From positions 193,735 to 257,734 of IMG/VR virus record IMGVR_UViG_3300035499_000517: a stretch of DNA of 64,000 nucleotides; one strand, given 5' to 3'. A program made the translations under genes and the position numbers. The notes under the pieces are model-generated. The model was not told the origin of the DNA. It worked only from the letters and a program-made list of their open reading frames with translations, and ran no database searches. Positions 51,786 to 59,175 of the stretch are shown here, piece after piece. The stretch comes from a virus (Duplodnaviria; Caudoviricetes). Every line of letters begins with the position of its first letter. Position 1 is the first letter of the stretch.

Positions 51786-51832
51786 TATATCTATGTTTTT
51801 TAAGCATTTTAGCAGCAAAAAACATTGACTTA
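51786..51832. promoter_or_regulatory. divergent late-type promoters (- 51786-51797; + 51821-51832), both AACA-N6-TA
   Basis: Perfect motif on each strand before divergent structural genes. Confidence 0.65.
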
Positions 51833-51867
51833 AGTAGAAAGTAAACTATGAAATGAGGTGAATAAGA

Positions 51868-52827
51868 GTGGGTTATTATACAGAAGCCAGTCTTTCTGAT
51901 TCTACGATGTTTCAGAATTTGAATAAATCTGCGTCATTAATGGCGAAAATTCAAAAGGCAATCAAAAATGGCGTTGCCCTTGATAAAAGTTATTTTGAAG
52001 CCCAGTACTTATTGATCACCAAAACGAATATATCTCCCCTTGCAAATTATGTATTAAGAGCATTTGATGAGGGGAAGATACGATTAATCTACAATAAGAG
52101 AGACCATGTTACAGTGGCTCTTCCCTTTGTAGTACTTACCATTGGTGGTCAAACAACAGCATGTATCTTTATTAATGAATTCTCCGGAATGTCAAAGGGA
52201 GATGACATGCAGCTTACGATTGAAATGAAGAAGCTCTATACGCTTATGGAATCTGCGTATGTTGCTTCTTTGTACTTTACAAAGCCATTGTACTTTACGA
52301 AGAATGCTTCCTTTATAAAAGCAATGGCAAATATCTATTCTCAAATGATTCTTCGGATATTAAACCGCGAGTATGCATTATCGCTTGATAAAGATGCGTT
52401 TGATACAGCAAATTACACATCTGCAAGATTCTTCTATGAGAGAATCTTAGGTCTTACTAATCCGGACCTTGTACATGCATATTCCGTTGCTCTTTGCAAT
52501 AATCCGAGTGAAACAACGATTTCCCTTGCGGATAATATGTATTCTGCAGCAAAGGTGAGAACGATTGATGAATACGTTAATTACACCGCAAAATCTAACC
52601 CAAAGATGGGAGATTTGAAATTCCGGTATTTCTTTGAGCGTTGGGTTGCTTCTTATGGCACCGGTGCGACATTAGCAATCGATTCCTTCCCATATATTTA
52701 CTACTGCATTGCAAATGTACTTTTGGGAGGATTCCTTATCAATTCAACAGCAATGATGGAGTTTATCAAGAATACTAGAGGTATTAACACCTTATATTCT
52801 GAGATTATCCGAATCATTGGTGCTTAG
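51868..52827 (+). CDS. putative virion protein
   Basis: GTG start, RBS GAGGTG; YYTEA motif. Confidence 0.7.
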   Translation: MGYYTEASLSDSTMFQNLNKSASLMAKIQKAIKNGVALDKSYFEAQYLLITKTNISPLANYVLRAFDEGKIRLIYNKRDHVTVALPFVVLTIGGQTTACIFINEFSGMSKGDDMQLTIEMKKLYTLMESAYVASLYFTKPLYFTKNASFIKAMANIYSQMILRILNREYALSLDKDAFDTANYTSARFFYERILGLTNPDLVHAYSVALCNNPSETTISLADNMYSAAKVRTIDEYVNYTAKSNPKMGDLKFRYFFERWVASYGTGATLAIDSFPYIYYCIANVLLGGFLINSTAMMEFIKNTRGINTLYSEIIRIIGA

Positions 52828-52844
52828 AAAGGAGAAATTCGAAA

Positions 52845-53552
52845 ATGAAAGCATTTAATGGATTTATATTAACGAAATATGAAGATCCGGATACTGGTGA
52901 AGTAAAGATGGTGCCTTACTTTCCAATTGTCGATAGTGCAGACATCATCAATACAACACCGGTACAGGCTGATGAAAAACTCACCATGATGTCTGAGCGT
53001 TGGACATTAGCAGAAGGCATTGATGGTATTGATAAAACAAGTTATATTTTTACTTGTAAATATTCAGGATATTCAGGAACAGAAGATGCTGACACGTTAG
53101 AGCAGATTGGTTCTTCGTTCTTGGATGCTGAAGTGCATTACGATTTATACCGGAGTGGAAAACTGGAAGTTTGGGGAATTATCCGTTTGAATGGACAGAA
53201 AGCTTCGTTTGATGATACAAGAGATTTGTATTTAAAGACGTTCTACCTTCCGTTCTCGATCCCTGATAACGTTCCGGTAAGAACTAGTTATGCATTTGGA
53301 CCTGTAGAAGGGTTAAGCTTGGTTTCTTCTTTGTCAACTATCATGGTTACAAATACAAATTTGAACCCGACAAAGTCAAAGAAGAAATACTATGCAAAAC
53401 TTGACATCAAGCAGGTTGTGGAAAAAGAAGCGGGAGTTTTGGATCTGTTTTATAGATCAGCAGATGCAAGCTATTCAGCTTACACTTATGAATCTTATGT
53501 AAACAAGTATTTGCCAATCAGATTTGATATCAATGGACTTACTTGGAAATAA
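52845..53552 (+). CDS. putative tail-fibre-associated protein
   Basis: YRSGKLEVWG...LPFS motif typical of fibre tip domains. Confidence 0.5.
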   Translation: MKAFNGFILTKYEDPDTGEVKMVPYFPIVDSADIINTTPVQADEKLTMMSERWTLAEGIDGIDKTSYIFTCKYSGYSGTEDADTLEQIGSSFLDAEVHYDLYRSGKLEVWGIIRLNGQKASFDDTRDLYLKTFYLPFSIPDNVPVRTSYAFGPVEGLSLVSSLSTIMVTNTNLNPTKSKKKYYAKLDIKQVVEKEAGVLDLFYRSADASYSAYTYESYVNKYLPIRFDINGLTWK

Positions 53553-53567
53553 TTTCAAAATGAGAGG

Positions 53568-53826
53568 TAAGAAGAGGAGACGAGTCATTGTACCCGTCTC
53601 CTCTTTTTCGACTTACCGAGAGGAACTAATCGTTTTGGGATCACAAGATCCCCATCCAGAAGTATAAGGCTTACATACAGCCTTAACTCTATGTTTCTTA
53701 ATAGATTGAGGGGAGAAGAGGCCGACTCTGGGAAGTCGGCCAATGTTTGGGGTTGTTTAAGGAAAAAGTTTCCTGTAACTAAAGATACTTGGAAGTACCA
53801 CACTTTCAAGTAGAGGGTTTCTACTC
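53568..53826 (-). ncRNA. candidate structured non-coding RNA
   Basis: Late-type promoter AACA-N6-TG (53826-53837), string of hairpins, terminator, no credible ORF. Confidence 0.45.
53572..53608. terminator. bidirectional terminator
   Basis: AAGAGGAGACG/CGTCTCCTCTT stem. Confidence 0.75.
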
Positions 53827-53849
53827 ATAATATTGTTTTAGATTAAAAT

Positions 53850-54845
53850 CTAAACCCATTCTACACGATAACGGTTGTGATATTCATCAACCGCAATGCT
53901 TGTACTTCGGTTAATATCCAAATGCTCAACCTGAGGAATTGGATAATCTGATAATTCTTCTCCATCTGCTGCAATTGCACGAAGTTCATACTCATCTGTA
54001 TTATGATCGACAAAAGCAACGAGTTCAACATTTCGATTCTCGTATTTTAAATATGCTTCTGTTTCCGAACGATCATCTTCGGAAGCAAGCATTTGTGCAA
54101 TATTGTCATACAATGTATCTTCATCTGCATCAATCGGTGTTGCATCTCCATAAATGGAAGCATCCGAACGATCCTGTTGAATCAGTTTCTTTAAGAAGTT
54201 GGAAGAGAAATCAGATAGATTCTCTCCATCATAGCTACCAGCTGCGGCAGCCGCTGCTTCTTTTCGCTCCTTCATATTAAGGTCTGCGATATTCTTCTTT
54301 AAGCTTGTGATGTTATTGATAAGCTGACTCGATACACTACGAGATTGGTTAATGGAACTGATAAGATCTGTTGTGAACTTACCAACTCCTCTTGCAGAAG
54401 ATTTCGAAGCCTCCATTGCGTAATAACGCTTCTGTAAGGAATCTGTAAACTTTGTTGCATCCTGAAGCATATTACGCATCAGAGCAATGTCTGTTTCAAA
54501 CTCCTCATTGTAATCTTTGGGGCCTTCTTTTTCTTTCTTTTTCTTCTTCTTTTTCTTACCACTTCCACCGTGTAAGAAGTCATACACATCACTGTTTCGG
54601 TAATTCTTGGAAGCCTTTACTTTTGGAGTACGAAACTGGGATAAGGTGTATTCCCAATCATCGTCTTCCTCTTCCTGATTTGCTTCTGCTAAAGCTTTTG
54701 CTTCCTTATCTTTCTTAACTTCTTTTGGTCGAAATTGATTAAATGACATAGATTGTGTTTCCTGCTCCATCTCATCAAATTCATCCAAAAGAGATTTCTT
54801 TTGTCGCTTCGGTTGATTGGAATAATCCAAAATAATCTTCGACAC
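53850..54845 (-). CDS. hypothetical coiled-coil protein with poly-Lys tract
   Basis: 331 aa; promoter GACA-N6-TA at 54880-54891. Confidence 0.8.
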   Translation of the reverse strand: MSKIILDYSNQPKRQKKSLLDEFDEMEQETQSMSFNQFRPKEVKKDKEAKALAEANQEEEDDDWEYTLSQFRTPKVKASKNYRNSDVYDFLHGGSGKKKKKKKKEKEGPKDYNEEFETDIALMRNMLQDATKFTDSLQKRYYAMEASKSSARGVGKFTTDLISSINQSRSVSSQLINNITSLKKNIADLNMKERKEAAAAAAGSYDGENLSDFSSNFLKKLIQQDRSDASIYGDATPIDADEDTLYDNIAQMLASEDDRSETEAYLKYENRNVELVAFVDHNTDEYELRAIAADGEELSDYPIPQVEHLDINRSTSIAVDEYHNRYRVEWV

Positions 54846-54897
54846 TTGTTAACACCCCTTTCTATATCCTGTTAGGTATTAAAGATATGTCAAACCT

Positions 54898-55203
54898 TTA
54901 AAAATACAAGGGTCGATGATGTGTAAGGACATCAACCTTAAAAGAATCTGGAGGATAATCCTCCTCTATACTAGTATCTTCATGATCTGGAAGTTCATCT
55001 TTGGGATTTTCCAAATCATAATTCAATTGGTTCATAAGATCTACCAAACTTTCATGAAATGCATCACGAAATGCAATAATACGTGGATCTGGATTATAAT
55101 CAACTCGTATTCGAATTCTTAAGTTAGAAATCCTTTCTCTGCAATCAGAATAATGCTTACAACCCAGCTTCCTATCTAATTTCTTCTTTTGTCTTTTATT
55201 CAT
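54898..55203 (-). CDS. hypothetical protein, MNKRQ family
   Basis: Starts MNKRQKKKLDRKLG. Confidence 0.75.
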   Translation of the reverse strand: MNKRQKKKLDRKLGCKHYSDCRERISNLRIRIRVDYNPDPRIIAFRDAFHESLVDLMNQLNYDLENPKDELPDHEDTSIEEDYPPDSFKVDVLTHHRPLYF

Positions 55204-55786
55204 CTTTCTTCTCCATCGTAATATCAAATATAGACTTCAATTGCTCCTTATCAATCTCAGCCTTAACATCTTTTAGTGTTTCAGCTGTTGGATCAAAGAT
55301 TCCCATTTTCGCAGCGCTAACTATTTCCTTTCCAGTTGGATCGGTTGTTACATAGATCATTTCTTTAGCTTCTTTCGGCTGTTCCATCTCGAACTCATCA
55401 TAGATCTGATAGAATGATTTTAATCCATAACCTGTTGGGTTTGGATGCTCATTTAATTTTTCCATTGGTAATGGACCAAGAAGGAATTGACTTGGAACTC
55501 CGAAGATGTTTTTATTTTTATTTACAGCATTGATTCGCTGAATCATCTCACGGATTTCAACTACATCACTAGCTGTACATTCCTGACCCAAATAATCACT
55601 GTGAATGATCTCTTCCTCTCTATTAGGAAATGCTGAAGCGAGAAGTGCTTTCATCGTCTTATCAAACATGGATGCATTCATCATAATAAAATCTTCAGTA
55701 TCCTTTTTACTCTTTGCTTTCTTATAACCTTGATATGTCTTATGACATAACTTCTTTTCGAATTTCTTCATCTGCCTTTTGTTCAT
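55196..55786 (-). CDS. hypothetical protein, MNKRQ family
   Basis: Starts MNKRQMKKFEKKL; RBS AGGAGGT. Confidence 0.8.
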   Translation of the reverse strand: MNKRQMKKFEKKLCHKTYQGYKKAKSKKDTEDFIMMNASMFDKTMKALLASAFPNREEEIIHSDYLGQECTASDVVEIREMIQRINAVNKNKNIFGVPSQFLLGPLPMEKLNEHPNPTGYGLKSFYQIYDEFEMEQPKEAKEMIYVTTDPTGKEIVSAAKMGIFDPTAETLKDVKAEIDKEQLKSIFDITMEKKDE

Positions 55787-56081
55787 TTTGATCACCTCCT
55801 AATACTCTAATTGAATAACTCTTTGATGCCTTTTTCAGCTCAAGTATATTTGGAACACATTCAAATGTCTTACCTTTTGGTATCCACGAATTGCATGAAA
55901 ATTGTATAGTAACAGGTTCACCTTTAACACTGTCAGGTGGAGTACCTACACCATTTATCCTCACCTTTCCAAGGCTTAAATACTCTGAAAACTTTTTACA
56001 GAGTTTCAAATAGGCTTTATATGCGTGATAGGTTTTAAAACCTAATCTCCCTATCAATTTCTTTTTCTGTCTTCTGTTCAT
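55740..56081 (-). CDS. hypothetical protein, MNKRQ family
   Basis: Starts MNRRQKKKLIGRLG; RBS AAGGAGG. Confidence 0.75.
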   Translation of the reverse strand: MNRRQKKKLIGRLGFKTYHAYKAYLKLCKKFSEYLSLGKVRINGVGTPPDSVKGEPVTIQFSCNSWIPKGKTFECVPNILELKKASKSYSIRVLGGDQNEQKADEEIRKEVMS

Positions 56082-56146
56082 TTTAGAATCCTCCTTTTAT
56101 TAAAAGAAGAGTCTCGTGCAAGATAATAACTCACACGAGACTCCAT

Positions 56147-56525
56147 TTACATTTTTGCATATACTTGACGATTCATATCAAATGGTTCAAATGATATATC
56201 AAGACCATCTTCTTCATCATCGTCATCTTCAATCTTTTCTTTGTTAATACCATTCTTATTATGCTTATTTCCCTTATTGTCGGCTGCTACAAATTCAGAA
56301 GCTAAGCTTGTAAGAGAAATAGATTCTTCCAGTTCCACATCATTGATAAGCTTGATAGAGCTACCTTTTGCATACGGATGATTGAAATACTCAAGTTCAC
56401 GCAACTTATCATCTGTATCAGCGGAACGATATCGTCTTTTCAATAGTTTAAACGTCATGTAGACTTCATCAGAACCTAATTTCTTTTCTCGATTTATGAT
56501 AATAACGACATCGCTATTTTCAATG
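56147..56525 (-). CDS. dnaB: DnaB-like replicative helicase, exon 2
   Basis: IENSDVVIIINRE...FKLLKRRY. Confidence 0.85.
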
Positions 56526-57698
56526 CATATATAAATTTTATATGTAGACTATATCTTCATCTTTATACCCTTTTATCAGATATAAAGAGCCACTCATTTC
56601 GGTTTCCCTACTCTACTCGCTTCTTCATCTAAGGATTTCTCCAGAGATTATGCTTTCGATAGTCGTTGAACCGTTCAGAATATCTTTGAATATTAGCCCT
56701 TTTCGAATTTTACTTACCGTTTGCGCTTTTGGTCCGATTTTCTCATGTGGAATCTCAGGCCAAATTATATGTGCAATTTCAGTGTTCTTTTTGCCCTCAG
56801 AGATTAATCTTCTGATTCTAGGAATATTTCTTATCGTTTCCAATTGTGTTTTAGTATACTTGGTATTGCTACTAAAATTATAATCTTTTGATATCTCTTT
56901 CCAGGCAATCCTGTTTTTGATTCGAACTAATAACGTACGATTTGATTTATTATCCTCCATTTTCATTCTTTTTAATATTTCATCATAAGAAAGGTTTTCC
57001 TCAAGATACTTGCAAATTTCTCTAGCTTGATCATCCGTTATAATTGCCCAACAACAATTTTCACCAAATGTATTTATTTCTTTACATTTAAATGCTTTTG
57101 ATACATTTTCGCCGCGGGTTTTCCAACTTAAATTCTTATAATAATTATCTAATCCATTATTATTGAGATGATCTGGTACTAAGTCAGTTCTTCCTTCATA
57201 TTTTTTAGGAATTTTGATAAAACAAAAAGCTACTAATTGATGAACTAAAACCCATTCACCTTTATCATCTTTATTCTTGAGATAAACTGCATAATATGGG
57301 TGATGCTTCTTATTTGCAATCTTTTTATGTAATAACTTCTTACCTTTCTTTATCCTAACATCACCGAGTGATGAAACTTGATAGGTGTTACTTATTATAT
57401 TTTTAAATCCATTTAAAGTTTTCCACATAATTTTTTCCATATAAAAATCTCCTTTCTATTTAAACTATCAAATCGTTACTTAAAATTTTAATTCTGACTT
57501 GGCTGCGGATTGTCCGTATCTTCAACCTTGATTACCATATCTCCGGAGTTACCCTTTGCCCTTATCCTGTCGCCAGATATAAGTTGGTAGTTGAAGCGTA
57601 GCCGGCACATAAAATGTGTCCATTGGTGAAATGGAAAGTCCCCGCAATTAAAGTGGTTATTTTTACACACCTCACGGTATGGGGAGACCATTGAGTTA
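56526..57698 (-). mobile_element. group I intron dnaB-I1 (1173 nt) with HNH ORF
   Basis: P1 GGGAGAU/GUCUCCC (U.G), P10 UCAAUG/CAUUGA, AATTGCGGGGA, CAACGACTA, ATATAGTC; splicing gives GAWEIIENSD. Confidence 0.9.
56625..57440 (-). CDS. intron-encoded HNH homing endonuclease (NUMOD4-like N-terminus)
   Basis: WK...YQVSSLGDVR, LVHQLVAFCF, PDHLNNNGLDN...NLSW. Confidence 0.88.
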   Translation of the reverse strand: MEKIMWKTLNGFKNIISNTYQVSSLGDVRIKKGKKLLHKKIANKKHHPYYAVYLKNKDDKGEWVLVHQLVAFCFIKIPKKYEGRTDLVPDHLNNNGLDNYYKNLSWKTRGENVSKAFKCKEINTFGENCCWAIITDDQAREICKYLEENLSYDEILKRMKMEDNKSNRTLLVRIKNRIAWKEISKDYNFSSNTKYTKTQLETIRNIPRIRRLISEGKKNTEIAHIIWPEIPHEKIGPKAQTVSKIRKGLIFKDILNGSTTIESIISGEILR

Positions 57699-59044
57699 AT
57701 CTCCCAGGCACCAGCGACGCCATCTCGTCCGACGAGCTTCGTGACGTCTGATTTCTTTGCTTGAATTGCTGCATCTACAATAGATGAAGCAGTTCTATTT
57801 AACTGCTGAGCTGTAATTACTGGAATATCCCAATATATTGCTAAATCCTTCAATTCATTTGTGATATTCTTAAGCTCAGCTTTTTCATTTTCTCCCTTTT
57901 CTGCTGGACGTATTCTCTTTAAATAATCCAGAATTAACGCAATGACTTCTACTCCTTCATCTTCCAAATCCTGGATGATTCCATATAAGTCATTTGTATC
58001 AATGCTTCTATTTGGATAATACTTAATGATGATATCAATATTACTTTTATCAGTAAGCGTTAATCCACCTTGCTTAATCAGCATCTTCTTTACTTGCTTT
58101 GGAGAGTAGTTTCTTATGTCATCATCACTTGCCACAATATTAAAGATTCGCTCAATCGTCTCTTCAATACTATTCTCCATTGTAATCATAAGAACTGCTG
58201 GTCGATTCTCTGGATTCTTACATTGAACCCCTGCATTGTATTTTCTTATATCAAGTGCAGTGTCCAACAAAATTTGAGATTTACCACCACCTGGGAATGC
58301 TAAGTATGTATAAAGACGTTTACTCATGTACCCAGGGGCTAAAAAGGTATTCAGATGCCGAATACCCGTAATAAAGATTCGATTCCGGTTGTTTAATTTC
58401 TCCATAGAATCGAATAACACAGTCTCAAAGACTTCTTCTTGTAAAGAAAAAGTTTGATCTGCTCCCAAAGAATTGGATCTTCTCTTAATATTGATGATAG
58501 AATTTGCGATCTGATACAAATCCTCACTGAGCTGTTTGTAACTCTTTACATCAGATTCATCCATAAGAGAAAACAATTCTTCGATAATATGTTTTAAGGT
58601 GATCGTATATCCAAACGCCAATCGATCATCGATTTGTTTTAATAAGTATTTCGATTCTTCATAATTGATCTGGCGTTTATTTGTCGTTACTTGATCCAGA
58701 ATACTTGCTCTGTAATCATCACAATCTGGATCTTCTTTACAGTATGTCTTAATAACATCTTCTTGGACCAACCCCTCGCGTAAATATCCTTCAATAGTCT
58801 TTTCGATTAGCCAAATACGGTTGGTCAGTTCAATTTCACTTTCCTTATATACGGACTTATCTAGTGACTTGAACAGTTTGTCTATATTCGTCAGAGCTTT
58901 TCTTGTTTTCAAAGCTCCTTCTTTGTATAAAAACTGAATGGTCATATCAAGCGTCGTCAAGTCCATTTTAATTGGTAATTTCGACGTTCGTAGTTCGACC
59001 ATGCGCTTGCGAATACTCGCATGCAGCTGTGATCTATTATCCAT
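57699..59044 (-). CDS. dnaB: DnaB-like replicative helicase, exon 1
   Basis: AFPGGGKS, ITMEN, ILDYL, ELKDLA, PVITAQQLNR; spliced product 574 aa. Confidence 0.88.
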
Positions 59045-59077
59045 AATTTCCTTTACTTCTTTCTACGTTTTATCGTT

Positions 59078-59159
59078 TAATAGAGTGTAAAATCGTTAGT
59101 TAATTACTATCCCTAGGAGATTATAAGCGGGTAGAAACCTAGCGAAAAACAAAGCTATA
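59078..59159. promoter_or_regulatory. divergent late-type promoters (- TACA-N6-TA 59078-59089; + AACA-N6-TA 59148-59159)
   Basis: Before dnaB and portal. Confidence 0.55.
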
Positions 59160-59175
59160 ACGATTTAAGAAAGGG

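Noticed and set aside
53585-53809. 74-aa ORF on minus strand
   Set aside because: TTG start without an RBS, and it ends within the terminator stem; treated as non-coding
17688-57561. 38-nt repeat as a CRISPR repeat, att site or c-di-GMP riboswitch
   Set aside because: Copies are dispersed, lack spacers, always occupy the same intron position, and fit P5abc better than the GEMM consensus
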